A DNA stretch of 63,072 bases, filler included, from 7 parts of 7 records of this genome joined end to end with filler, not necessarily neighbours in it; one strand, 5' to 3'. Shown: positions 18,036-28,674, numbered from the whole stretch's first letter. The notes: a model not told the origin generated them from the letters alone. Made by a program: numbers and translations.

Positions 18036-18950
18036 TTATTTGTAAGTCTTACCCTGCTCTGCGATACCAAATCCTTCTCTAAGCACATTAATTTGTGCCC
18101 TTCTATCAAATAGCAAAGGATTTGTATGGTTGAGGTGAATGAACTGAATCTTATTTTTCAAACTTCTGGATTCTCCACTCAAAAGCCGCATGGTTTCTGA
18201 TACAAAAGGGTGGGGCACCTCATTGATGGGACGATTTGGGAGTTCACCAGCATCATAAAAGGTGGCATCCAAAAAGGCGTAATCAAGATTAGGATCTTTA
18301 ATCATTTCAACTATATCCCGATCCCACTTATGCCACTTATCAATGTCGGGGATAAATAGATAGCTATTTCTATTGGTGATGATTTTGAAACCGGCTGTTT
18401 CAGAGAATTCATCCCGATGTGGAACCGTAAAAGCTTCAACCTTTATTCTCTCAGTTAGTTCAAACGGAAGGGTGCTTAGCGATATTGGCTCAATGTTGTT
18501 TAATTCTTCCAGTTGACTCCATGGACCATTGGTTTTTAGAAAATCTATCATTTTGGGTAATGCGTAAACTTTGATGTCTTTTGCACCAAGTGCCTCTTTT
18601 CCTAAAAACATTAAGCCTGTGTAATGCCCGATGTGCGCATGTGTCACAAATATTCCGGCTGGTAAATACGGATAGTCACCATCAGTCAAGTCTCGAAAGT
18701 ACTGAAGCTGTTTATCCATATCCGGAGTTGCTTCAAACAACCACCACTGCCTGTTATTCGGGTCGACAAGTGCTAGAGAGGTAATGTAGCGTGCATCATT
18801 ACTGTTTTTATGAGCTTTCAGGCATTCATTTTGACATCCGATGTGTGGGAAACCACCATCCTGAGCGATTCCTAATACAATAATGTGTTGTGATTGGACT
18901 GTAAAGTAGGTAATGAGAAAGAGTAGGGAGATCAGGTGTTTCATTTGCAT
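18036..18950 (-). CDS. PqqB-like metallo-beta-lactamase-fold protein with signal peptide
   Basis: LGIAQDGGFPH, THAHIGHYTG, FIHLNHTNP. Confidence 0.88.
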   Translation of the reverse strand: MQMKHLISLLFLITYFTVQSQHIIVLGIAQDGGFPHIGCQNECLKAHKNSNDARYITSLALVDPNNRQWWLFEATPDMDKQLQYFRDLTDGDYPYLPAGIFVTHAHIGHYTGLMFLGKEALGAKDIKVYALPKMIDFLKTNGPWSQLEELNNIEPISLSTLPFELTERIKVEAFTVPHRDEFSETAGFKIITNRNSYLFIPDIDKWHKWDRDIVEMIKDPNLDYAFLDATFYDAGELPNRPINEVPHPFVSETMRLLSGESRSLKNKIQFIHLNHTNPLLFDRRAQINVLREGFGIAEQGKTYK

Positions 18951-18956
18951 AAAACT

Positions 18957-18987
18957 AAAAAAAAGCCCCGCTAACCAGCAGGGCTTT
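18957..18987 (-). terminator. Intrinsic terminator after the TPR gene
   Basis: Minus strand AAAGCCCTGCT-GGTT-AGCGGGGC followed by T8. Confidence 0.8.
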
Positions 18988-19014
18988 ATTGATTCATTTT
19001 TTCTATTCTGAATA

Positions 19015-20325
19015 TTAATCCCTTCGTTGAAGTTTCACGCTTTCATTGATCCAGCATCCTACAGTAATGCTCTGACCTTCCTCCATTCCTTCATTAAAGA
19101 TTTCTTCTATTGAAGGAAATTGTTCTTTTGAAGCTGCCATTTGCTTGCTATTGCCTGCTTTTTCATACATTTTATAAGCAGCAAGAAATACCCCTCTATC
19201 CATTACAATGCTTTCGTCTCCTCTGCAATCTTCGTAGCTCGTGAAGTATAGGTTGCCAATCAGGTTGTAAGCTTCTGAACTACCAGGCTTGGCGCTCAGT
19301 GCCTCATAAGCCAATGTTCTGGATCGAGATTTATTTCCAAGCTTACTATTTGCAACAGCCTGGCCCATCAAAGCATCAAATTTTTCTGCATTTGATGTTG
19401 CCAATTTTTCTGCTTCTTCATGGTATTGAAGTCCTTTGCTTATTTCTCCGAGTGCGAGATACTTGTTTCCAATTGTACTGGCAAGCACAAAAGAAGGTTG
19501 CTCCTTAAATACCGGCTCACTAGCCTCAAGGAAATACGGTTGATCTGTGCATTTTGCCTCTACTGAATATTTGAAGATCTTTTTAGCTGTATTTAAATCG
19601 TCAGGGTTTTCTCTGAACTTTGGAACCAGCTTCTCCTCAATAAACTCACAGCTCAAAATACCCGGTATTGAACTAAGCCAGGCATCTGTCTTCGCCTGTT
19701 CTTTCTCTAGTTTTTCAGAGTTCTCTCCATTTTTAAGTTTCTGATCGATGATGTCGGAAATTTGGGTATGGATGTCCAGCACTTTTTCGGCAGGCATTTT
19801 TTCCGGATCAATCTGGTGGAAGTTCTTAGCCAGCAACATATAGGTGTTCAGGTTAAATGTGGATATTTCCGGACCATTCATTTCATATGCCTTTTCGTAA
19901 AGATCAGCTAACATAGGATACTTGGAAGGGGTTTTGTAATAGAGTCTAAATGCTTCATAAGCTTTTCGATCCATAGTCGCTGCGTCATTATCGAAATGCT
20001 CAATTCGCTGATCATACATCCACAACAAAGAATCCTGAAGTCGCTCCTTTCTGGCTTTATCAGTGGTTTTCTTTATAACCTTTTCCAGACAGTCAACCCC
20101 TTGAATGTAAATGGAAGGGTTGAGGTTAGGATTGTTTTTGTATAACCAGTTCAGTGGCTTCATCGCCTCTTCAAAATTGCTTTGAGCGATAAGTATCTTG
20201 TAGTAAGCCTGCTTTTCCATTGCCTGACTCTTCATATTGGGGTCATCGGGCCAGTTCCATCCGTCCTGGGCTATGGATAAAGTAGATATTAGCGCCATCA
20301 GCGCTATAAGTGTCGATTTAATCAT
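19015..20325 (-). CDS. Secreted TPR-repeat protein (conserved Bacteroidota type)
   Basis: Signal peptide, helical repeats, C-terminal FPSIEEIF...VGCWINE motif. Confidence 0.8.
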   Translation of the reverse strand: MIKSTLIALMALISTLSIAQDGWNWPDDPNMKSQAMEKQAYYKILIAQSNFEEAMKPLNWLYKNNPNLNPSIYIQGVDCLEKVIKKTTDKARKERLQDSLLWMYDQRIEHFDNDAATMDRKAYEAFRLYYKTPSKYPMLADLYEKAYEMNGPEISTFNLNTYMLLAKNFHQIDPEKMPAEKVLDIHTQISDIIDQKLKNGENSEKLEKEQAKTDAWLSSIPGILSCEFIEEKLVPKFRENPDDLNTAKKIFKYSVEAKCTDQPYFLEASEPVFKEQPSFVLASTIGNKYLALGEISKGLQYHEEAEKLATSNAEKFDALMGQAVANSKLGNKSRSRTLAYEALSAKPGSSEAYNLIGNLYFTSYEDCRGDESIVMDRGVFLAAYKMYEKAGNSKQMAASKEQFPSIEEIFNEGMEEGQSITVGCWINESVKLQRRD

Positions 20326-20503
20326 GTCCTGAGAATTATATTTTGATTTGCCTTTCTATTTAGAATTATCCTGCGAAAACAATGCCATTTAGTCCTAATG
20401 TGATAGCCGTTAAAAATGTTTGCAAAATGAATAATTTTTTATGCTAATACGGGTGTCAATCACATTAGTTTTGTGTTAAATATCACCCAAATAAAACATA
20501 CCG

Positions 20504-21073
20504 ATGTTCAATTTTAAAGAAATAATCAGTGTTTCGCTTATTCTCTTCTCTGTTATCGATATTTTGGGAAGTGTACCTATCATCATTGATTTACGGAAAA
20601 AATTCGGTCATGTACAGTCAGAAAAGGCGACCATTGTTTCCGGTGTGATCATGGTTATTTTCCTCTATTTGGGTGAAAGTATTCTTAAACTGTTTGGCAT
20701 TGACATTAACTCCTTTGCTGTGGCAGGGGCCATTGTAATGTTTATTTTAGGCATGGAAATGATTCTTGGAAGGCAGTTTTTTAAGTCGGATCCTGAAGAG
20801 ATGAAAAGTGCTTCAGTTGTGCCACTGGCTTTTCCATTGATAGCTGGAGCTGGCACCATGACTACCCTTGTTTCTTTAAAAGCTGAATTTTCTACATACA
20901 ATATTCTGGTAGGAATTGTCGTCAACCTGATTTTCGTTTATGTGGTGCTAAAAACTTGCGGATGGTTGGAGCGTAAAATTGGAAAGGCGGGGTTTAACAT
21001 CCTGAGAAAAGTATTTGGTATTGTATTGCTTGCCATTTCTATTAAGATCTTCAAAAATCACCTGCTCGCATGA
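20504..21073 (+). CDS. MarC family membrane protein
   Basis: VVPLAFPLIAGAG motif; six hydrophobic segments. Confidence 0.92.
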   Translation: MFNFKEIISVSLILFSVIDILGSVPIIIDLRKKFGHVQSEKATIVSGVIMVIFLYLGESILKLFGIDINSFAVAGAIVMFILGMEMILGRQFFKSDPEEMKSASVVPLAFPLIAGAGTMTTLVSLKAEFSTYNILVGIVVNLIFVYVVLKTCGWLERKIGKAGFNILRKVFGIVLLAISIKIFKNHLLA

Positions 21074-21525
21074 TTACAATATTTACGGATGGTGCGGCAA
21101 AGGGGAATCCGGGTCCGGGTGGATATGGTACTATCTTAAGGTATGGGGATAAGGAAAAGGAGCTTTCCGATGGGTTTCGAATGACAACCAATAACCGCAT
21201 GGAGCTGTTGGCTGTGATTGTTGGCTTAGAAGCCATTAAAAAGCCGGGGTGGAAGGTTTTGGTTGTCTCCGACAGTAAGTATGTTGTGGATGCGGTGACA
21301 AAGGGTTGGTTGAAGGGCTGGGTCGTGAAAGATTTTAAAGGAAAGAAGAATAGGGATCTCTGGGAACGATACCTGAAGGCTTCTGCACCTCATGATGTTC
21401 GCTTTAAGTGGGTGAAGGGTCATGCGGGTCATCCGGAGAACGAACGATGTGATCAACTGGCTGTAGAGGCTGCTGAACGAAAAAAATTGAAAGTAGATGC
21501 AGCTTTTGAGGCTGCAAGCTCGTAA
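21070..21525 (+). CDS. rnhA: Ribonuclease HI
   Basis: FTDGA.KGNPGPGG, TTNNRMEL, DSKYV, WVKGHAG, NERCD. Confidence 0.97.
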   Translation: MITIFTDGAAKGNPGPGGYGTILRYGDKEKELSDGFRMTTNNRMELLAVIVGLEAIKKPGWKVLVVSDSKYVVDAVTKGWLKGWVVKDFKGKKNRDLWERYLKASAPHDVRFKWVKGHAGHPENERCDQLAVEAAERKKLKVDAAFEAASS

Positions 21526-21561
21526 ACGATTATTTTAGTACCAGATTAGATTTCATAAATA

Positions 21562-22191
21562 ATGAACTTCAACAAAGGCATCTTTTATTTTCTCTTCGCA
21601 GCGATCGTGATAGGTTCCATGGTCATCTATTTTAAAATCCAACGGGATCAAAAAATGGAGAACCCTAACCTGACGGATTTAGCAACTGAGCCAGACTTAC
21701 TGATGAATACGGCAGATCGGACTTTGCAGGACCATAAGTCCTTGACGGCCATCAAGTTTTTGGAAGATGCCATTAAAATGATGAAGCTGCTGGAGAAAGA
21801 TGGAGACAGTATAAGTACTCAGGCTATTGAAATTGCCATTTATGATTTGCAGACAGTAGAAAAGCATATTAAGGATGAGGACATCAATAATGATTTGATG
21901 TATGAAGCTTTTGCTGATGCGATGAACTCCCTTGCTTTTGCTTCACTAAGAGTATCTGAGCAGTTTGTTCGAGAGGGCAAAAAGGAGGAGGCACGAATTA
22001 CCATTCATCATGCCATGGATCATCTACAAAATTCCATTCGTTTTGCGAGAGGACAGCAAAAGGAAGATGAAATCCGTATTGCCAGTCATCTGCAAAATCT
22101 TATAGACCAGCATTTGGAGAATGACATTTCAGAGATCGATATTGTGATGGCGGAGATTGACTCTGTGGTCAAGGCTCATGTCATAAAGTAG
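21562..22191 (+). CDS. Hypothetical membrane-anchored helical protein
   Basis: N-terminal TM helix; 209-aa ORF filling the intergenic space. Confidence 0.7.
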   Translation: MNFNKGIFYFLFAAIVIGSMVIYFKIQRDQKMENPNLTDLATEPDLLMNTADRTLQDHKSLTAIKFLEDAIKMMKLLEKDGDSISTQAIEIAIYDLQTVEKHIKDEDINNDLMYEAFADAMNSLAFASLRVSEQFVREGKKEEARITIHHAMDHLQNSIRFARGQQKEDEIRIASHLQNLIDQHLENDISEIDIVMAEIDSVVKAHVIK

Positions 22192-22193
22192 AG

Positions 22194-23540
22194 TTAATAC
22201 AGAATCGGTTCTACTTCTCTTTCGGTGAATTTCAATCCTGTATTAGATAGTTCTTCAAGTACAGGCTCGTAAATTTCCTTTTTGGTAGGTACATGCACCC
22301 CGGTCAGGTCGATTTTACCTGTTAGGACCATTTTAGCAGCAATTGCCAACGGTAGGCCGACTGTTTTAGACATGGCAGTATTTATATTATCATCCCCCAT
22401 TGCTACCATACTTGACTCGACCTGACGAGGCTTTCCATTATCGATGAAATTGAATTTATGCCACATCACAATCATGTCTTTATCCTGAGGTTTGAGTGTC
22501 CACTTCTTCTTCAGGATGTGCTCCAGAATCTGAGCAGGGGTGCCCTGATTAAGCCCAACCGGTTCATCATCAAACATACCCAGCCATTTGAGTTTGAACA
22601 TAATGCCATTATCCAGATCCAGACTTAAATAGTGAGCCAGTTTAAGTTCAACAGAATCTTTTGGATTGTAAGACAAGAAGGAATTGATGAACTGCCTATG
22701 TGTCATTTCTGATACATTCTCCATTTGATACGTATCATCAGTCGCACCTAATTGTACAAAGACATCCCAGGCAGCACAATAGCCAGGCCTTCTTAGTGTA
22801 CCACGATAGAGTGTTTTGATTCCTCTTAAGTTATAAACATCAAGGTAGGCCAGAGAATCCCTGTTTGCATATCCCTCAAAGTATCCATGGTCTGGAATAT
22901 AGATTGCTTCTGTTCTTCTGAATAATTTTTGATAGGGGATGTATTTGTATCGACCTTCCTGAATGAATTTACAGGTTCCCTGACCAGCTAGCACAACATT
23001 TCTTGGGTTCCAAGTAAACTTATATTTCCACGGATTGTCACCAACAGATTCTTCTGCTACCAGTCCACCGGTAAAGGTTTCAAAACCTGTGAGCTCATGT
23101 CCCTTTTCCCGCAATTCATTCAATACTTTCATTGCAGACATGTGATCTATCCCGGGATCGAGTCCCATTTCCATGATCATCATTTTCCCGGCATTTTCAA
23201 ACTGACCATTAAGCGTTTTGATTTCTTCTGTGAGGTAGGAGGCCGTTAAAAAGTGTTTTTTAAACTCTGCGCATTTTCGTGCAACATGAATGTGTAAGGA
23301 TGCCGGAAGCATGGAGATAACCAGGTCATTCTCTGTTACAAGGTTGGTAAGTAGCTCAGCATCAAATACATCGAAAGGAACCGCTTTAGCTTGTTTATTT
23401 CCTTTGATCTTCGACTCAGCAAGGGCTACATCTTTTTCTGCAATAGTGACATGCCACTGTTCTTTTTCAGCGTTTTCTAACAAGTAATTGATAAGTGCAG
23501 TAGATGATTTGCCCGCACCAATGATCAGGATGTGTTGCAT
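22194..23540 (-). CDS. Saccharopine dehydrogenase family protein
   Basis: IIGAGKS, GLDPGIDHM, YKFTWNP, RGTLR, AMSKTVG. Confidence 0.93.
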   Translation of the reverse strand: MQHILIIGAGKSSTALINYLLENAEKEQWHVTIAEKDVALAESKIKGNKQAKAVPFDVFDAELLTNLVTENDLVISMLPASLHIHVARKCAEFKKHFLTASYLTEEIKTLNGQFENAGKMMIMEMGLDPGIDHMSAMKVLNELREKGHELTGFETFTGGLVAEESVGDNPWKYKFTWNPRNVVLAGQGTCKFIQEGRYKYIPYQKLFRRTEAIYIPDHGYFEGYANRDSLAYLDVYNLRGIKTLYRGTLRRPGYCAAWDVFVQLGATDDTYQMENVSEMTHRQFINSFLSYNPKDSVELKLAHYLSLDLDNGIMFKLKWLGMFDDEPVGLNQGTPAQILEHILKKKWTLKPQDKDMIVMWHKFNFIDNGKPRQVESSMVAMGDDNINTAMSKTVGLPLAIAAKMVLTGKIDLTGVHVPTKKEIYEPVLEELSNTGLKFTEREVEPILY

Positions 23541-23578
23541 CCGGCAAATATGTGCTTATCGCAAATCTTTCGAAAAGA

Positions 23579-24331
23579 CTAATTACTTTTTTTATTCACA
23601 ATTGTGCTGCTGGCCTGATCAGTGGGTAGAATCAGAAGGTCTCCAATCATCACATGGGCAGGACGACTCAGAACAAATTCAATGGTTTCTGCTACGTCAT
23701 GAGCGGTCAAGGGTGTGTAGTTCTGATAGACCTGCTTGGCACGGTCACTATCTCCTTTAAATCTCACTTCGCTAAACTCCGTTTCCACCAGACCGGGATC
23801 TATTGAGGTCACTTTGATGCCATGCTCGTTTAGATCAAGGCGCATCCCTTTTGTGAGCGCATCTACAGCATGCTTGGATGCACAGTACACATTTCCTCGT
23901 GGATAAACTTCCAGTCCGGCAATCGAGCTAATGTTTACAATGTGACCCTTTTTTCGCTTCACCATTTGAGGAAGAACGGCTTTACTCATGTAAAGAAGGC
24001 CTTTCACATTGATATCCATCATGGCATCCCAGTCGTCAGTATTTCCTTCATGGATGAGGTCCATACCATGCGCATTGCCTGCATTGTTGATAAGCACATC
24101 AATTTGCTGCCAATCTGTAGGGAGGGAGGTGATGGCTTCAAAAACAGCCTCTTTGTCTCTAACATCAAAAGAAAGAATTTGGACATCACCCTGAAGTTCT
24201 TTTTTGAGCTTTTCCAGCCGATCTTCACGTCTGCCACAAATAATCAGTCGATAGTTACTGGCAAGAAGCCTTGCAGTTGCTTCTCCGATTCCGCTAGTTG
24301 CTCCTGTGATTAGCGCGATGGGTTGAGTCAT
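23579..24331 (-). CDS. Short-chain dehydrogenase/reductase (YdfG-like)
   Basis: TGATSGIG, NNAG, YCASK, PGLVETEFS. Confidence 0.93.
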   Translation of the reverse strand: MTQPIALITGATSGIGEATARLLASNYRLIICGRREDRLEKLKKELQGDVQILSFDVRDKEAVFEAITSLPTDWQQIDVLINNAGNAHGMDLIHEGNTDDWDAMMDINVKGLLYMSKAVLPQMVKRKKGHIVNISSIAGLEVYPRGNVYCASKHAVDALTKGMRLDLNEHGIKVTSIDPGLVETEFSEVRFKGDSDRAKQVYQNYTPLTAHDVAETIEFVLSRPAHVMIGDLLILPTDQASSTIVNKKSN

Positions 24332-25128
24332 TGTTTCAATCGTTTTCTTTGTCGAGATTCGATTCTGCTATCTCGCTTTTTTGTCTTTCCAAGCTTACGT
24401 TTACCGCCCGGACCACCTTCAAAGGTCACGAATATGCCAAGATTCTGTGTGGTAAGTCGATCCAATCCAATACTGAAATCATTTGGATCATCTGTGAGCA
24501 TATTTCTTAGTCCGTAGGAGTATCTGATTTCAGGTGAAAACTTAAAATAGGCAAAATACATATCCAGCCCCACGCCGACATCAATGGCCAAATTCCAGTT
24601 TCTCAACTCAAGTTTTTGTCCTACATCTTCCTCATCCCCTTTTCCAGCCGCCTCGAAAGAAGGGTTAATTCCCGCTACCATATACATAGCCAGATTGCCT
24701 CTGCGCGCAGATTTGTACTTAAACAATAGAGGGAGCTCCACCATGGTAGCATCTTTCAATTCGCGCTGGGTGGTTCCATTCGTAAACCGATAGCTCAAAT
24801 CATTCTCGTAGAAACCGACGGTTGGCAACATCCGAAAATCGAGGTACTTAGAAATCCTCATATTAATTACGAATCCAAGCTTAAAACCTCCCAGATTTCC
24901 GGGTATGATGGAGTGGACTGTATCCATTGCCGGAGACGTAAAGTAATCCGAATAGCGAGTCATGTATTTTGAAGAATGGATTCCAATCAGGAAACCATAG
25001 TGAATCCACTGGTCCTCATAATGGATCAGGTTGTCAGTTGGGTTGTTTTGAGCCTGAGAGGAGTATCCCATTCCCAAAATAAGCAAACACGCAAGGGCTA
25101 TTTTTCTCCCACGTAAATAGAGCTGATG
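24328..25128 (-). CDS. porT: PorT/SprT-family outer-membrane beta-barrel (type IX secretion/gliding); 5'-truncated at contig end
   Basis: Frame open to the contig edge (HQLYLRGRKI...); LDFRMLP, VELPLLFKYKS.R, YFKFSPEIRYSYG. Confidence 0.8.
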   Translation of the reverse strand, partial: HQLYLRGRKIALACLLILGMGYSSQAQNNPTDNLIHYEDQWIHYGFLIGIHSSKYMTRYSDYFTSPAMDTVHSIIPGNLGGFKLGFVINMRISKYLDFRMLPTVGFYENDLSYRFTNGTTQRELKDATMVELPLLFKYKSARRGNLAMYMVAGINPSFEAAGKGDEEDVGQKLELRNWNLAIDVGVGLDMYFAYFKFSPEIRYSYGLRNMLTDDPNDFSIGLDRLTTQNLGIFVTFEGGPGGKRKLGKTKKRDSRIESRQRKRLKQ

Positions 25129-25228
25129 NNNNNNNNNNNNNNNNNNNNNNNNNNNNNNNNNNNNNNNNNNNNTTAATTAATTAANNNNNNNNNNNNNNNN
25201 NNNNNNNNNNNNNNNNNNNNNNNNNNNN
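25129..25228. other. Artificial contig linker
   Basis: 44 N + TTAATTAATTAA (six-frame stop) + 44 N. Confidence 0.99.
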
Positions 25229-25229
25229 C

Positions 25230-25724
25230 TATCCCGGCCTCGACGGCAAGGTGCGCTACGAAGAAGGTGTTTTTGTCGGCTACCGGCACTATGATCGCTT
25301 GGGCATGACGCCACTTTATCCCTTTGGATTTGGCCTGGGCTACACGACCTTCGAGCTGTCCGATCTCAGCGTCGACGACAGCCGGTTCGAGACGGATGGC
25401 GCCGTTGCGGTTACCCTCAACGTCACCAACACCGGCGCGCGGGCCGGCACCACCGTGGTCCAGCTTTATGTTTCAGACGACAAGTCGACCGAACCCCGTC
25501 CCGCCAAGGAGCTCAAGGCCTTCGCCAAGCTGCATCTGAATGCCGGCGAAACGCACGCGGTCAGTTTGAGCCTCGATGCCCGTGCCTTTGCCTGGTACCG
25601 GGAAACGGCCCATCATTGGCTGGTCGAGGCCGGAACCTTCACCTTGCGCATTGGCCAATCATCCGCCGACCTGCCGCTCAGCGCCGAACTCTCGCGCAGC
25701 TCGACCTTGATGTTGCCGGTCTGA
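25230..25724 (+). CDS. GH3 beta-glucosidase, C-terminal fragment with FnIII-like domain (5'-truncated)
   Basis: YEEGVFVGYRHYD, PLYPFGFGLGYT, VVQLYV, ELKAF. Confidence 0.93.
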   Translation, partial: YPGLDGKVRYEEGVFVGYRHYDRLGMTPLYPFGFGLGYTTFELSDLSVDDSRFETDGAVAVTLNVTNTGARAGTTVVQLYVSDDKSTEPRPAKELKAFAKLHLNAGETHAVSLSLDARAFAWYRETAHHWLVEAGTFTLRIGQSSADLPLSAELSRSSTLMLPV

Positions 25725-25735
25725 CCGCCCCCTGA

Positions 25736-26308
25736 TCAGGCGGCCTGATGCTCAGCAGCATAAAGGCCGAGATAGAAGTCGAGGTCGCCCGTGCGCAGGC
25801 CCAGTGCTTCGAGGACCGCACCCATGAAACTCACGGGTGCGGTTCCAGGCGCGGTGATGATGCCGCGATCAAGAATGGCCTTTGGGGACCCAACAAAGAA
25901 CGCGCCCCCGCCATATCCAGTCTGTGGCAGGCTCTCGGGACCATTCGCCGTGTGGCGCCTGTCATCAAGCAGTCCGGCGCGGGCCAGCGGAATAACACCG
26001 TCGCAGATCCCACCAATCACCACGCCCGCCGCCTGGGCAGATTGCAGCAATTTGGTCAGGTCGGGGGCGTCCGGCTGTTGCCAGACACTGCCGCCATTGA
26101 CCAGCAGGGCGTCGTAGTCGCTGGGATCGATTTCTTCGATGGCAAGCTGGGGCGCCAACCTTAGTCCACCTGCGGACGTGATCGGTTCGCCGCCGGGCGT
26201 CGCAAAGCGCGTGTCGAGCCGGTAATATTCGCGCGCGCCGGCATTGAGCAAAGCGGTTTCCCAATCAGCAAAGCCGGGCGTCAGTATCGTCAGCAAGGTG
26301 GTCATCAT
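25736..26308 (-). CDS. DJ-1/PfpI family protein
   Basis: FADWE, GGICDG nucleophile elbow, IITAPG; GGAGA RBS before ATG 26308/26305. Confidence 0.9.
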   Translation of the reverse strand: MMTTLLTILTPGFADWETALLNAGAREYYRLDTRFATPGGEPITSAGGLRLAPQLAIEEIDPSDYDALLVNGGSVWQQPDAPDLTKLLQSAQAAGVVIGGICDGVIPLARAGLLDDRRHTANGPESLPQTGYGGGAFFVGSPKAILDRGIITAPGTAPVSFMGAVLEALGLRTGDLDFYLGLYAAEHQAA

Positions 26309-26346
26309 CTGTCTCCATTTCACTGACACAACGGTGTGCCTGTGGC

Positions 26347-27618
26347 GTGACAGGCCGTGTCAGCACCTTCACATGGCTGTCAGGTGCCCGGGCCTTGCTT
26401 GAGATTGCCCGGATCGGCTGGTATGAGGGGCCCGCTTTCCGAAATGCCCTCTGGAGTCGCTCCACCTTGCTGCTTGTCCGTCGATTGTTGCTCGCCCTGG
26501 TCCTGACCTTTGCCGGCCTGAGTCAGGCTTGGGCCAATCCAATGCTGCTGGTGGATCGTGCGACCTTGCAGGTACTTTATGCGGAAGAGGCCGGCCAGCC
26601 TTGGCATCCCGCCTCGCTGACAAAGCTGATGACGGCCTATGTGACCTTCGAGGAACTGGCCAAGGGTACGGTAACCCTTGATACGCCGGTGACCATTTCG
26701 CGCAATGCCTATAACCAGGCGCCGAGCAAATCCGGCCTCAAGATCGACAGTACGGTTTCTCTCAAGGACGCGCTCTACATTCTCGTGGTCAAATCGGCCA
26801 ACGACATTGCCGTTGCCATCGCCGAGACGGTCGGGGGCAGCGAGTCAAACTTCGTCGCCATGATGAACGAGACAGCCGGGCGCATGGGGCTGACAGCCAC
26901 CAATTTTGTCAATCCGCACGGATTGCACGACGCGCGCCAGGTCTCCTCGGCGCGCGACCTTGCCATCATCGCGCTCTATATCGAGCAGAGTTTCCCGCAA
27001 TACATGCCCATGTTCCGCACCGGCGTGGTCAATCTGGGCAAGGCGCGCCTAGAATCCAACAATGGCCTTCTCGAAGGCTTCGCCGGGACCACCGGCATGA
27101 AGACCGGCTATGTCTGCGCCTCCGGCCTCAACATCGTGGCCACGGTCGATCGCAATGAACGCCAGCTTCTGGCAGTCGTTCTGGGCGGCTCATCCGGTCG
27201 TGAACGCAATGAACGGGCTGCCGAATTGTTTCTCAATGCCTTTGGCGGCCGATTGCAACCGACCGGACAGAGCGTGTTGACGCTTGCCAACGCCGCCGGC
27301 GCCGCGCCTGTCGACATGCGCCCACTGATCTGCGGCAAGGATGCCAAGGAATATGTGGCAGCCCAAGAAGCTGCTTTCCCGATGGGTCTGGACGACCAGC
27401 CCTCATATTTGACCGAAGAACTCGCTGTCAGCGAGTACACGGCCATCGATCTTGGCCGCATCCGCACCGGCATTGCCCTGCCGCGGCCCCGTCCGGCGCA
27501 TATGCCGATAGCGCCCGCGCCGGTCGAAAGCGCTGCCATTGAGAACGTCCTCCGCCCCGGCCTGACTGCGGGCGGCCTCGATGTCGCCCTGCCGCGCCCG
27601 CGTCCCGCCGACCTCTAG
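26347..27618 (+). CDS. D-alanyl-D-alanine carboxypeptidase (peptidase S11); true start probably near 26468
   Basis: SLTK (SxxK), SAN (SxN) and KTG motifs; signal peptide ending AWA. Confidence 0.92.
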   Translation: MTGRVSTFTWLSGARALLEIARIGWYEGPAFRNALWSRSTLLLVRRLLLALVLTFAGLSQAWANPMLLVDRATLQVLYAEEAGQPWHPASLTKLMTAYVTFEELAKGTVTLDTPVTISRNAYNQAPSKSGLKIDSTVSLKDALYILVVKSANDIAVAIAETVGGSESNFVAMMNETAGRMGLTATNFVNPHGLHDARQVSSARDLAIIALYIEQSFPQYMPMFRTGVVNLGKARLESNNGLLEGFAGTTGMKTGYVCASGLNIVATVDRNERQLLAVVLGGSSGRERNERAAELFLNAFGGRLQPTGQSVLTLANAAGAAPVDMRPLICGKDAKEYVAAQEAAFPMGLDDQPSYLTEELAVSEYTAIDLGRIRTGIALPRPRPAHMPIAPAPVESAAIENVLRPGLTAGGLDVALPRPRPADL

Positions 27619-27857
27619 GACTGGCTGGCGGCCCCGACGGTCACTGTAAACTCCATGTGGTCTTCGGCCGTCGCCACCGCACACACATGCCCGTGCTGCC
27701 GGCAATGCAGCGGAATATCGATCCGCGCCATCGGATCACTCGCCAGCACCACGATTGTCGTCCCCTTGGCCGCTTCAGCCAGTCGCTTCTCGAGCTTGAG
27801 AACGGGCAGGGGGCATTTCAGCCCCCTGGCGTCGATCGTTTCGACCTCAATTGCCAA
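27615..27857 (-). CDS. TusA/SirA-family sulfur carrier
   Basis: IDARGLKCPLP motif; a TTG start at 27857 gives 80 aa. Confidence 0.88.
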   Translation of the reverse strand: MAIEVETIDARGLKCPLPVLKLEKRLAEAAKGTTIVVLASDPMARIDIPLHCRQHGHVCAVATAEDHMEFTVTVGAASQS

Positions 27858-28329
27858 GGACCAGCACCCAATAGACGCCATAGCTTGAGGATGGATTGTA
27901 GGCCACGGCAACGCCGGCCTTGCTCGCCGGGGCAGCCAGGCCAACAGCGTCGGCGGCGTTATTGCGCCAACCTGAGAACGTCTCGGCAAAGGTGGAATAG
28001 CCGGCGCTCAATTTCATCTGCACGAGTGCCTGCGGCTTGGTCGGGGCCGTGCCGGTCTGCGCATACTGGCTGGCCAGCGCCTGGGCCGTGGCATTCAGAC
28101 CCGAATCCGCGGTCAGTGGCGCCACGCCGCGGGTCGCGCGATAGGCATTGATCAGGCCGATGGCCTGCTGTGAATCAAGCCGCGCATTGGGCTGGTCCAT
28201 TCGCGCCGAAAGCGCCGGCGCCAGAGCGGCCGGTGCCGTCGCGCCGCCAAATGAGGAGCAGGCGGCCAGCGCCAGAACCGTGCCGGCGGCCGCCGCGCCT
28301 TTTGCCAGCTTGCTGATGAACTTCGACAT
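27847..28329 (-). CDS. CAP (SCP-like) domain lipoprotein
   Basis: Lipobox LAAC; INAYRATRGVAPL, YWVLVLG. Confidence 0.85.
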   Translation of the reverse strand: MSKFISKLAKGAAAAGTVLALAACSSFGGATAPAALAPALSARMDQPNARLDSQQAIGLINAYRATRGVAPLTADSGLNATAQALASQYAQTGTAPTKPQALVQMKLSAGYSTFAETFSGWRNNAADAVGLAAPASKAGVAVAYNPSSSYGVYWVLVLGN

Positions 28330-28674
28330 GTTTTTCCTTCCGGGAGAAATCCGGGCGTCCTGGCTTCTAGCAGCCAACGCCTTCGCCCGCATTAACGGCG
28401 TGGTGGTGGATGAAACTGGAGTGGCGCTCAGAAAATCCTGAATTGAACACCTGGGCTGGCCTTAGCCAATGGCAGTGAGAAGACCGTGCAAAAGGGGCAG
28501 CATTGTGAGCTGGGTCGATCCCGAACGACGCTTGTCACAGTCCCAGCCGCCATGGCACGGCGACCGGACCTGCGCTACTCCTGCTGCAATTTGAAACCCC
28601 CGCCCGTGCCCGTCCGACATCGCCGCCCCCGATTGTCCTTGAGGTGAGGCGGCAAATCGGGCATTGGGATAAGC

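Noticed and set aside
25173..25184. Recurrent TTAATTAATTAA palindrome as a biological repeat or att site
   Set aside because: Always centred in N padding; it is a six-frame stop linker.
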